Below, one piece after another: positions 47,913-56,851 of a DNA stretch of 56,851 nucleotides. The notes below the pieces were generated by a model. The model saw only the letters and a program-made list of their open reading frames with translations, searched no databases and was not told the DNA's origin. Source of the stretch: an uncultured Chitinophagales bacterium (lineage in GTDB: Bacteria > Bacteroidota > Rhodothermia > Balneolales > M1805); NCBI GenBank assembly GCA_964575925.1, contig CAZNTR010000004.1:1-56851 (forward strand). The letters run 5' to 3'. Positions within the stretch are counted from its first letter, which is position 1. Each line of letters begins with the position of its first letter. The position numbers and the translations under genes were made by a program.

Positions 47913-49802
47913 ATGCTTTCATCAAATTATCCCAAGTACGATGTTATAGTTGTAGGTGGTGGTCATGCCGGTAGTGAAGCCGCCGCCGCCGCCGCTGGTA
48001 TGGGTTCAAAAACCCTACTCATATCCATGAATCTTCAGACTATAGGTCAAATGAGTTGTAACCCTGCAATAGGAGGTGTTGCTAAAGGTCAAATTGTTCG
48101 TGAAATTGATGCTCTAGGTGGTATTATGGGTAAAGTAACTGATCAAGCATCCGTTCAATTCAGAATGTTAAACTTGAGTAAGGGTCCTGCTATGTGGAGT
48201 CCAAGAGCTCAATGTGATAGGATGTTATATGCTCAATTAATTCGTGAAGCTTTAGAACGTTTACCAACATTACATTTCAGGCAAGACAATGTTATCGAAA
48301 TACTTATCACCGATAGCAAAGAAGTATATGGGGTAAAAACCCAAATAGGACAGGTTTATCATGCTGATAATATTATAGTTACAAGTGGTACTTTTTTGAA
48401 TGGAGTAATTCATATTGGAGAAAATCAATATGGTGGAGGTAGATCTGGTGAAAAAGCATCAAAAGGAATTACCGAGTGTTTATTACACTATGGTTTTGAA
48501 GCTGGTAGATTAAAAACAGGCACACCACCACGTTTAGATGGAAGAAGTATTGATTATTCAAAACTAGAAGAACAATATGGTGATGAAAATCCAAAAGCAT
48601 TTTCATTTTCTACAAAGAAAATGCCTACTCATGAAAAACAACTTTCATGTTGGATTGCTTATACAGATACAAATGTTCACGAAGAGCTTCGATTAGGTTT
48701 TGATAGAAGTCCTATGTTTAATGGACGAATTAAATCAACAGGTCCAAGATATTGTCCATCCATTGAAGATAAAATAAATCGTTTTGCAGATAAGGATAGA
48801 CATCAGTTGTTTCTCGAACCAGAAGGATGGAATACGTATGAGATGTATTTGAATGGGTTTTCAACGTCTTTGCCTGAAGATGTTCAATATGAATCGTTAA
48901 AGAAAATAGCTGGTTTTAAAAATGTTGTTGTCTTACGTCCTGGTTATGCAATTGAATATGACTATTTTCCACCACATCAGGTAAAACGTTCTTTAGAAAC
49001 CAAATTAATAGATGGCTTATTTTTTGCTGGTCAAATTAATGGAACAACAGGGTACGAAGAAGCTGCATGCCAAGGACTTATGGCTGGTATTAATGCTTCA
49101 AGAAGAGTTCAAAAGAAAGAGCCAATTATATTAAAAAGATCTGAAGCTTATATTGGAGTCTTAATTGATGATTTGGTTTCGAAAGGTACAAACGAACCGT
49201 ATAGAATGTTTACATCTCGTGCAGAACATCGAATTATTTTAAGACATGATAACGCAGACTTGAGATTGATGGATATAGGAAAAGAAATTGGACTAATAAA
49301 TGAGTCCGTTCATCAGGAGTATTTGTTAAAAAAGAAAGAAATTGATCTATTAATTAAAGAATTACATAATTATTCAGTTAAACCTGAGATCTATAATACT
49401 TTCTTAGTAACTATAAATTCATCTAGTCTAAATCAATCTATTAAATTGCCTAATTTGTTAACAAGGCCAGAAATTAGTTTAAATAATTTAATAACGATTG
49501 ATGAATCGCTTAATGCTTTAGTTTCTGATATTACAAATAATGATCAAGTCATTGAACAAGCTGAAATTCAAATAAAATATGCTGGCTATATTCAAAAAGA
49601 ATTTGAGATGGTTAGCTCATTTAACAGACAAGAAAGTTTAAAAATTCCACTTTCAATTAATTATGGAGCAATTCATAGTTTATCAGCTGAAGCCGTTCAA
49701 AAGTTAAATAAAGTTAAGCCCGAAACCATAGGGCAGGCTTCTAGAATTTCTGGAGTTAATCCAAGTGATATTGCTATATTAATGGTATATATTAAAAACT
49801 AA
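47913..49802 (+). CDS. mnmG: tRNA uridine-5-carboxymethylaminomethyl modification enzyme
   Basis: VVGGGHAG, MSCNPAIGG, GPRYCPSIEDK, AGQINGTTGYEEAA and PYRMFTSRAE motifs. Confidence 0.98.
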   Translation: MLSSNYPKYDVIVVGGGHAGSEAAAAAAGMGSKTLLISMNLQTIGQMSCNPAIGGVAKGQIVREIDALGGIMGKVTDQASVQFRMLNLSKGPAMWSPRAQCDRMLYAQLIREALERLPTLHFRQDNVIEILITDSKEVYGVKTQIGQVYHADNIIVTSGTFLNGVIHIGENQYGGGRSGEKASKGITECLLHYGFEAGRLKTGTPPRLDGRSIDYSKLEEQYGDENPKAFSFSTKKMPTHEKQLSCWIAYTDTNVHEELRLGFDRSPMFNGRIKSTGPRYCPSIEDKINRFADKDRHQLFLEPEGWNTYEMYLNGFSTSLPEDVQYESLKKIAGFKNVVVLRPGYAIEYDYFPPHQVKRSLETKLIDGLFFAGQINGTTGYEEAACQGLMAGINASRRVQKKEPIILKRSEAYIGVLIDDLVSKGTNEPYRMFTSRAEHRIILRHDNADLRLMDIGKEIGLINESVHQEYLLKKKEIDLLIKELHNYSVKPEIYNTFLVTINSSSLNQSIKLPNLLTRPEISLNNLITIDESLNALVSDITNNDQVIEQAEIQIKYAGYIQKEFEMVSSFNRQESLKIPLSINYGAIHSLSAEAVQKLNKVKPETIGQASRISGVNPSDIAILMVYIKN

Positions 49803-49818
49803 TGTTTCACGTGAAACA
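49803..49818. other. parS site (perfect consensus)
   Basis: TGTTTCACGTGAAACA immediately after the mnmG stop codon. Confidence 0.93.
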
Positions 49819-49831
49819 ATGAATTATATAA

Positions 49832-50479
49832 ATGAATAAAAAAATCGAAATAGTTAATGTTTCACGTGAAACGTTTCAAGAAGTTGAGTGGTACAATATG
49901 AAATATTTACCACACTTCAAGGAATACGTTCGTCAAATCTTGTGGTGGAATGCAAAAATTAACTTAGTAAGTCGAAATCAGTCTGAGCAATCAATTCAAG
50001 AGCATATTAGGCATTCGCTTGTTCCTTGTATTACGGAAACGTTTTGGAAGGCAAGAACAATTGTAGATGCGGGAACAGGTTCTGGTTTGCCTGGAATCCC
50101 ATTATCCTATTTAAATGATGATGCCATATTTCATTTGGTTGATATCAATATGAAAAAAGCAACAGCCGTTAAACAAATGGTATACAATCTTAAATCGCAA
50201 TCTACTGAAGTTCATTGCGCAGATATAGAAACGTTTATTCCACAGCATCAAGAAAAGGTAATAATGGTTAGTAAGCATGCTTTTAAGCTTAATGAACTGT
50301 TATGTAAAGATTTTCCAGTAAAATACGATGGGTTTTTATTCTTAAAAGGAAACGATTATCAAACAGAGCTAAATGATGAGATTTTTGATAAGTTTAACGT
50401 TAGAGCCTATAATTTACAATCTGGAACAGAAATACCCTTTTATAGACAAAAATATTTGCTAGAAATTCTTTCAAAATAA
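49832..50479 (+). CDS. rsmG: 16S rRNA m7G527 methyltransferase
   Basis: WNAKINLVSR, HIRHSL, VDAGTGSGLPGIPL and LKG motifs. Follows mnmG. Confidence 0.9.
   Translation: MNKKIEIVNVSRETFQEVEWYNMKYLPHFKEYVRQILWWNAKINLVSRNQSEQSIQEHIRHSLVPCITETFWKARTIVDAGTGSGLPGIPLSYLNDDAIFHLVDINMKKATAVKQMVYNLKSQSTEVHCADIETFIPQHQEKVIMVSKHAFKLNELLCKDFPVKYDGFLFLKGNDYQTELNDEIFDKFNVRAYNLQSGTEIPFYRQKYLLEILSK
49858..49873. other. Second parS site, inside the rsmG coding sequence
   Basis: TGTTTCACGTGAAACG, encoding (N)VSRET. Confidence 0.88.
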
Positions 50480-50498
50480 AAATATCAAATTTAAAAAT

Positions 50499-51449
50499 AT
50501 GAGTGACTCGATTAAAAGTGCAGACAGACGATTAAAACTTTTATTAATGCTTCAATCGAGTAGACAGTTGTCTGTAAATAAAATTGCAGATTATTTTGAT
50601 GTAAGTAGAAGGACAGTATTTCGCGATTTGAGAGCCTTGCAAGATATGGAAGTGCCGATTATGCACGATTCAGTTGAAGGCTATAGTCTTATGAAAGGTT
50701 ATAAAGTTCCCCCTTTGATGTTTACTGAAAGAGAATTAGCTAGTATTGTTTTAGGTTTATCCTTTATGAAAGGTCAATCAGATAATTCTATGAGAAGTGA
50801 TGTAGCTCAGGTTTTATTGAAAATTAAAAATGTAATTCCTTCAAATCTATTGTCGTTTATACAATCTATTGAAGAAAATGTGATTTCATCACCATACTAT
50901 TCAGATTTTAAATCTCTACCTCAATTAGGTGATTGGTTCTCGATTTGCTCAGCAATATCAGAGCGCACAAGAATACAATTTGATTATATAAATGCACAAG
51001 GGGAGAAAAGTAAGCGTCAAATTGATCCTTATTTTGTTGTTTTATACCAAGATCATTGGAATGTTATAGGTTTTGATTATTCCCGAAATGATCGAAGAAA
51101 CTTTAAGTTAGAAAGTATTTCAAACACAAAACATTTGCTTGAACGTTTCGAACCAATTACTAATGATCAAAAACAAAAATTAATTTATAATCAAAAAGTC
51201 GAGAGCAATGTTGTCTATGTCGTAAGTATTAAGAATGACCATTTAAATCCGTTTTTACGAATATTCCCAGCATACATAGTAAAAAAAGAAGTAAAAAAAG
51301 AAATAACAACACTTAGTTTTGTTTTTGATAATGTAGAATTTATTGCTTCATTTTTAGTAACTCATCTTAATTATATAGCCGTTGAGTCTGAAGTATTAAA
51401 AACTGAAATAAAAAACCAGTTGCGGAATCAACTTTCGAAATTGGAATAA
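50499..51449 (+). CDS. HTH-WYL transcriptional regulator (YafY/PafBC-like)
   Basis: FDVSRRTVFRDL HTH, PPLMFT, RQIDPY...WNVIGF...RNFKLESI WYL domain. Confidence 0.92.
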   Translation: MSDSIKSADRRLKLLLMLQSSRQLSVNKIADYFDVSRRTVFRDLRALQDMEVPIMHDSVEGYSLMKGYKVPPLMFTERELASIVLGLSFMKGQSDNSMRSDVAQVLLKIKNVIPSNLLSFIQSIEENVISSPYYSDFKSLPQLGDWFSICSAISERTRIQFDYINAQGEKSKRQIDPYFVVLYQDHWNVIGFDYSRNDRRNFKLESISNTKHLLERFEPITNDQKQKLIYNQKVESNVVYVVSIKNDHLNPFLRIFPAYIVKKEVKKEITTLSFVFDNVEFIASFLVTHLNYIAVESEVLKTEIKNQLRNQLSKLE

Positions 51450-52015
51450 CTCCAAATCATTTCTTATTGATTATCAACCCTTAGTATCTAAAAGAGTTGA
51501 AGCCAAAGAAAACAGCTTATCCAAGTTCAAGAATAGTAATGAATTAATATAAGCCAAATTAAAGTTCATCGTTCTGTACGGAACACTTTTGGAAGCAGCT
51601 GTGCCTAATTTTGGCGTAGTTTCGAGATCGCTTTCCATGGTTTTTCAAATTGTTTCACCTAGTCATTAGTGTCATTTAGAAGCCAAATAAAATTCACCCT
51701 GTTTTATTCTAATTGTTGACTAATTATTTTGTATTTAGCATTAACCCGAACTCAGTTATTTAAAATTTAAAATCAATCGTGCAATCAAAAAACAAACTTT
51801 TAAAATAGGAGAGATAGTACTCCTAGAAATAATTTGGAATTAGGGTACTATTCAAACAAATTTAATTTGGTGAATGTTGAATTTATAGGAGTAGTTTATG
51901 ATGTGTAATAATTTGTTTGAAAGAACTAATTATATGTAATCGAAATCTAATTTAATCAGCTATCAAAACTTGAATTTGCAAATTTTAAATCCTTTTTTTT
52001 TATTTTCTTATAAGG

Positions 52016-52114
52016 TGATGTCCACTCCAAAAATTTGCTTATTACGGTTAACACCCTTTAAAATTCTACGTATTTGACGAAATTTTTTCAAAATAAATTT
52101 TCGGAGTACGTTCA
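52016..52114 (-). mobile_element. ~100-bp MITE-like element, family F copy 5
   Basis: Ends TGATGTCCACTCCAAAAAT and TTTTCGGAGTACGTTCA. Its reverse complement matches 42925-43024. Confidence 0.7.
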
Positions 52115-52129
52115 GAGAATCTATTTTTC

Positions 52130-52358
52130 ATTAAAAATAAAAATAAAAACAAGAACCCTATGGCAACCTCTTGTTCTTATTTCATAAACGTTATATAGTG
52201 GTCTCCAACCCAGCATCTCAGCTTTTGAACTTAAGCTATACAAAAGAAGCGTTTATGGCGTAATAATAGTTTTCACCGAAATCCTGTGTAGTGTCACAGG
52301 ATGAATTTTTATTTGAAAAACTAGTGATGTTTGTTTAGAATCGAAGCCCGAATTTGAG
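52130..52358 (+). mobile_element. Family B copy 4 (left part degraded or interrupted by the F copy)
   Basis: TTGTTCTTATTTCA, CCCAGCATCTCAGC, ATCCTGTG..CACAGGATGA and CGAAGCCCGAATTTGAG blocks. Confidence 0.68.
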
Positions 52359-52380
52359 TTATAAACGTATATTTAAAAAC

Positions 52381-52414
52381 AAAAAAAAGCTGAATATCTT
52401 ACTATTCAGCCTTT
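52381..52414 (-). terminator. Terminator after gyrA
   Basis: A-run plus GCTGAATA...TATTCAGC hairpin. Confidence 0.75.
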
Positions 52415-52433
52415 GTCTTCAAATCGGTTGATT

Positions 52434-55001
52434 TTATTCTTCAGCATTATCGTTGAAAAGATCACCTGTTTCACTTCCATCCTCAGGAATTTGGTTTTCA
52501 GGTTTAACCACTCCAACATCACCAGCGGTATCAACTAAACCTTCAACTATTATCTCTTCATCGTCTTCTTTAACTACTCGTGTTACGCCTCCTATCATAT
52601 CTTCGGATCCTAGACGAATAATTCGAACGCCTTGTGTATTTCTTCCAAGTGTTCTAATATCACTCACGTGCATTCTAATAATTTTACCATTTGTGGTAAT
52701 AACCATTAAATCGTCACTATCTGAGACTTCTTTTAAGGAAACCAAATCCCCCGTTTTTGGAGTAATCTTCATGGTTATTACACCTTTCCCTCCACGACTT
52801 TGTTCTCTGTAATCATCTACTAGGCTTCGTTTTCCATAACCATTTCCAGAGATAGCTAATACAGTTGACTCATGGGTATTGCGCACAACTACCATATCGA
52901 CTAAAGAATCTCCATCACCGATTTGAATACCTTTTACACCCGTAGTATTTCTGCCCATATCGCGTACATCACTTTCTTTAAATCGAATTGCACGTCCATC
53001 ATTAGTAGCCATTATAATTGTGCTACTTCCATCGGTTAATGCTGCTTCGATTAAGGTATCATCTTCACGAATATTAATAGCAATTATACCATCTTTTCTA
53101 GGTCTAGAATAGGATTCTAAATTCGTTTTTTTGATAATACCATGCTTGGTAGCCATTATGATAAAATGATTATTTATATACTCTTCATTCTCTAAATTCT
53201 TAACAGGAACAAAAGTTTTTATTGAATCATCTTTTTCAATGTTAATCAAATTGACAATTGCTCGACCTCTCGTAGTTCTAGTTCCCTCTGGAATTTCGTA
53301 CACTTTTAACCAGTAGCATTTACCTTTTTCTGTAAAGAAAAGAATGTAATTATGATTTGTTGCTACAAAAAGATGTTCAATATATTCTTCATCTTTCGTT
53401 ACAGCACCTTTCATTCCAGTTCCACCTCTACGTTGCCGCTTATAGCCACTAACAGGAGTTCGTTTAATAAAGCCTCTATTGGAAATAGTAACAACCACAT
53501 CTTCATCTGCAATCATATCTTCAACATTAAAGTCTTCTGCTGAATAAACGATTTGAGTTCTTCTGTTATCACCATAACGATCTTTTAAATCTTTTATCTC
53601 GTTTTTAATGATTAGTGTTTGTTTTGCTCTACTAGATAAAATCTCGCGAAATTCACGAATTTGATCAACTATTTCTTTGTATTCCAAATCAATTTTATGA
53701 CGTTCCAAACCTGTAAGCTTTTGAAGACGCATGTCTAAAATGGCCTTAGCTTGTAAGTCAGTTAAGGCAAAATTTCTTCTTAACCGATTATTTGCCTCAG
53801 CAACGTTTGCAGAACTTCTAATTGTTTTAATAACCTCATCAAGATTATCAAGTGCAATTTTTAAACCTTCTAAGATATGCGCTCTTGCTTCAGCATGGTC
53901 TAGATCATATAAAGTTCTTCTAATGATAACTTCAATACGATGTTCAACAAAGTGTTTAATAATTTCTTTTAAACCCATTACTTTCGGACGACCTTTAACC
54001 AAAGCTAGGTTAATTACACCGAAAGTGGTTTGCATATTGGTGTACTTAAATAATTGATTTATAACTACGCTTGGTGTAGCGCCTCTTTTCAGAATAATAA
54101 CAAGACGCATTCCATCTCTGTCAGACTCATCGCGAATATCAGCTACTTCTGTAAGTTTATCATCACCAACTAATTCAGCAATCTTTTCAATTAGCATTGC
54201 TTTATTAACCTGATAAGGTAATTCTGTTACAACAATTTGCTCTCTATTACCTCGAAGTTCCTCAACGTTTGCTCTTGCACGAAGAGTGATTTTACCACGA
54301 CCCGTTTCATAAGCCTCTTTAACACCTTCGTATCCATAGATTATTCCAGCTGTAGGGAAATCAGGAGCTATGATAAATTTCATGAGTTCCTGATTGGTGA
54401 TATCATTGTTGTCTAAAAAAGCTGTAACTCCATCAACTACTTCACGCAAATTGTGCGGTGCCATATTGGTAGCCATACCTACTGCAATACCTGACGATCC
54501 ATTTACCAAAAGATTAGGCAACATTGCAGGAAGAACTGTTGGCTCGGAAAGCGTATCATCAAAGTTAGGTTGGTAATCAACCGTTTCTTTGTTGATGTCT
54601 GATAACATTTCCTCAGCAATACGTTTCATTCTTACCTCAGTATATCGCATAGCAGCTGCTGAGTCGCCATCAACCGATCCAAAATTTCCTTGTCCGTCAA
54701 TTAAGGGATATCGTAAGGAGAAATCTTGAACCATACGAACAATAGTATCATAAACAGCAGAATCTCCGTGAGGGTGATATTTACCTAACACTTCACCAAC
54801 AATACGAGCGCTTTTTTTGTACGGGCGATTATGTAACATGCCTAATTCGCTCATACCATAAAGAACACGCCTGTGAACCGGCTTAAGACCGTCTCTAACA
54901 TCTGGCAATGCACGAGCGACAATTACGGACATAGAATAATCTATGTACGAGGATTGCATTTCATCTTCAATAGTAACTTTTATTATTTTATCTGTAGCCA
55001 T
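52434..55001 (-). CDS. gyrA: DNA gyrase subunit A
   Basis: [27 protein letters not shown], GyrA-box QRRGGTG and C-terminal propeller repeats. Confidence 0.98.
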   Translation of the reverse strand: MATDKIIKVTIEDEMQSSYIDYSMSVIVARALPDVRDGLKPVHRRVLYGMSELGMLHNRPYKKSARIVGEVLGKYHPHGDSAVYDTIVRMVQDFSLRYPLIDGQGNFGSVDGDSAAAMRYTEVRMKRIAEEMLSDINKETVDYQPNFDDTLSEPTVLPAMLPNLLVNGSSGIAVGMATNMAPHNLREVVDGVTAFLDNNDITNQELMKFIIAPDFPTAGIIYGYEGVKEAYETGRGKITLRARANVEELRGNREQIVVTELPYQVNKAMLIEKIAELVGDDKLTEVADIRDESDRDGMRLVIILKRGATPSVVINQLFKYTNMQTTFGVINLALVKGRPKVMGLKEIIKHFVEHRIEVIIRRTLYDLDHAEARAHILEGLKIALDNLDEVIKTIRSSANVAEANNRLRRNFALTDLQAKAILDMRLQKLTGLERHKIDLEYKEIVDQIREFREILSSRAKQTLIIKNEIKDLKDRYGDNRRTQIVYSAEDFNVEDMIADEDVVVTISNRGFIKRTPVSGYKRQRRGGTGMKGAVTKDEEYIEHLFVATNHNYILFFTEKGKCYWLKVYEIPEGTRTTRGRAIVNLINIEKDDSIKTFVPVKNLENEEYINNHFIIMATKHGIIKKTNLESYSRPRKDGIIAINIREDDTLIEAALTDGSSTIIMATNDGRAIRFKESDVRDMGRNTTGVKGIQIGDGDSLVDMVVVRNTHESTVLAISGNGYGKRSLVDDYREQSRGGKGVITMKITPKTGDLVSLKEVSDSDDLMVITTNGKIIRMHVSDIRTLGRNTQGVRIIRLGSEDMIGGVTRVVKEDDEEIIVEGLVDTAGDVGVVKPENQIPEDGSETGDLFNDNAEE

Positions 55002-55016
55002 TTTTACTAACCTGTA

Positions 55017-56851
55017 TTAAATATCTAATTTTGCATACTTTGCATTACGTTCAATAAATTCTCTTCTTGGTTCAACGGCATCTCCCATTAAAACAGAAAA
55101 TAATCTATCTGCTGCTGCTGCACTTTCAATGTTTACTTGTTGCAAAGTCCGTGTCTCCGGATTCATGGTAGTATCCCATAGTTGGTCAGGATTCATTTCT
55201 CCTAGACCTTTATAGCGAGATACATCCGTTTTAAATTTTGTTTCCTTACGGACACGTGCTAAAATCTTATCACGATTGATATCATCCCAGGCGTATTCAA
55301 TGTTTTTACCAAATGTAATTTTATACAACGGAGGAGTTGCTATATAAATGTGACCAAACTCTACAAGTGGATGCATGTACCGATAGAAGAAGGTTAATAT
55401 CAATGTTCTAATATGAGATCCATCAACATCAGCATCTGTCATGATAATAATTTTATGATAGCGTAGTTTCTCAATATCAAAATCATCACTGTGTCCAACA
55501 CCTGTGCCAAGCGCAGTAATCATAGCACGAATTTCTTTATTCTCTAAGATTTTATTAATTCTCGATTTTTCAACATTTAAAATTTTTCCTCTTAGAGGCA
55601 AAATGGCTTGAAAACTTCTATTTCTGCCCATTTTCGCTGAACCACCAGCAGAATCACCCTCAACCAAGTAAATTTCACAATGTTCAGGTTCGTTAATAGA
55701 ACAATCGGCAAGTTTACCAGGTAAGCCTGCGCCAGCCATTACACTTTTACGCTGTACTAGTTGTCTTGCTTTTCGAGCAGCTTCCCTAGCTTCAGCTGCT
55801 AGTAAGACTTTTTCAATAATCATTCTAGCAACTTTGGGGGATTGCTCTAAATGCTCATTAAGTTTTTCATAAACTAGAATTTCAACAATACTTTGAACTT
55901 CAGAATTACCAAGTTTTGTTTTAGTTTGTCCCTCGAATTGTGGCTCAGGGACTTTTACAGAAATAACAGCTGTTAGACCTTCACGGAAATCATCTCCACT
56001 TAAAGTGATTTTTCCCTTTAGCATGTTATTTTTTTCTGCGTAGTTCTTAAGCGAGCGAGTTAGTGCTCTTCTGAAACCAGAAACATGAGTACCACCTTCA
56101 TGTGTATTAATATTATTTACATAAGAGTGAACATTTTCAGAATATGATCTATTATATTGAATAGCAATTTCTAACGGAACATTATCAGATTCACCGGCTA
56201 TGTAAATTGGGCTTGAATCATACGTGTCTCTATTTTCATCCAAATATTTTACGAAATCACGAACACCGCCTTCATAATGAAAAAGTTCTATTCTTGTTTT
56301 ACCAGAATCTTCATCCAACTCTCTTTCATCAATAACTTGTATGGTAACGAGTGGATTTAAGAACGCAAGTTCTCTCATGCGTTCAGCAATAATTTCGTAT
56401 TTAAACTCTACTGTTTGCGTAAAAATGCTTGGATCTGGAAAGAAAGTTATAATAGTTCCTCTTTTTTCAGTATTACCAAGTTGTTCCATTGGAGCTTTAG
56501 GAATTCCTAATTCAAACTCCATTTTGTAAACATTTCCATCTCTATGAACTTCTGCTACAAACAAAGTTGCCAGTGCATTAACGCAACTTACCCCAACACC
56601 ATGAAGCCCACCAGAGACTTTGTAGGTATCTTTATCAAATTTACCACCCGCATGAAGTTTGGTTAAAACAACCTCAAGTGCTGAAACTCCAAATTTCGGG
56701 TGGATATCAACAGGTATTCCACGTCCATTATCCGTTACCGTTATTGATCCATTTCTGTTAATTGAAACAGTTATAAAATCACAATAACCAGCAAGAGCCT
56801 CATCTATAGAGTTGTCAACGACTTCATTGATAAGATGATGCAATCCTCTAG
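55017..56851 (-). CDS. gyrB: DNA gyrase subunit B, 5'-truncated by the window edge
   Basis: EVVDNSIDE, LHAGGKF, VEGDSAGG, PLRGK, MTDADVDG and RYKGLGEM motifs. Confidence 0.98.
   Translation of the reverse strand, partial: RGLHHLINEVVDNSIDEALAGYCDFITVSINRNGSITVTDNGRGIPVDIHPKFGVSALEVVLTKLHAGGKFDKDTYKVSGGLHGVGVSCVNALATLFVAEVHRDGNVYKMEFELGIPKAPMEQLGNTEKRGTIITFFPDPSIFTQTVEFKYEIIAERMRELAFLNPLVTIQVIDERELDEDSGKTRIELFHYEGGVRDFVKYLDENRDTYDSSPIYIAGESDNVPLEIAIQYNRSYSENVHSYVNNINTHEGGTHVSGFRRALTRSLKNYAEKNNMLKGKITLSGDDFREGLTAVISVKVPEPQFEGQTKTKLGNSEVQSIVEILVYEKLNEHLEQSPKVARMIIEKVLLAAEAREAARKARQLVQRKSVMAGAGLPGKLADCSINEPEHCEIYLVEGDSAGGSAKMGRNRSFQAILPLRGKILNVEKSRINKILENKEIRAMITALGTGVGHSDDFDIEKLRYHKIIIMTDADVDGSHIRTLILTFFYRYMHPLVEFGHIYIATPPLYKITFGKNIEYAWDDINRDKILARVRKETKFKTDVSRYKGLGEMNPDQLWDTTMNPETRTLQQVNIESAAAADRLFSVLMGDAVEPRREFIERNAKYAKLDI

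Noticed and set aside
47979..47996. (GCC)5 tract in mnmG as a phase-variation locus
   Set aside because: It is an in-frame triplet encoding the usual Ala-rich helix after the FAD-binding motif, so slippage would not switch expression.
51651..51666. Third parS site (TGTTTCACCTAGTCAT)
   Set aside because: Only one half-site matches.

Overview
An AT-rich bacterial chromosome segment, probably from the Bacteroidota/Balneolota/Rhodothermota group (inferred from a T9SS-type C-terminal sorting domain and TAnnTTTG-type promoters). It is mostly housekeeping genes: thiN, lipB, lipA, hemW, proC, fabI, ruvC/ruvA, a PhoB/PhoR-like pair, dtd, adk, phoD, apaG, mnmG/rsmG, gyrB/gyrA, tRNA-Thr and tRNA-Asp. 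The window appears to span the replication origin. A cluster of about 10 DnaA boxes with an AT-rich tract lies at 38.4-38.8 kb with no dnaA beside it, and two parS sites lie at the mnmG/rsmG junction. The most unexplained structure is intergenic. Many spacers are mosaics of several diverged, TIR-bounded non-autonomous element families that carry covarying REP-like hairpins, nest in one another, share ends and supply stop codons to host genes, yet no transposase is in the window. Other notable items are a 998-codon DUF285/BspA surface-protein gene broken by three in-frame stops with no frameshift, a tandem pair of 24-bp dyads at the start of an AAA_14/DUF4143 ATPase gene, an orphan ParA, and a WYL regulator in the mnmG-rsmG operon. 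No CRISPR array, prophage, intact IS or retroelement was seen. All calls are by eye; no searches were run.
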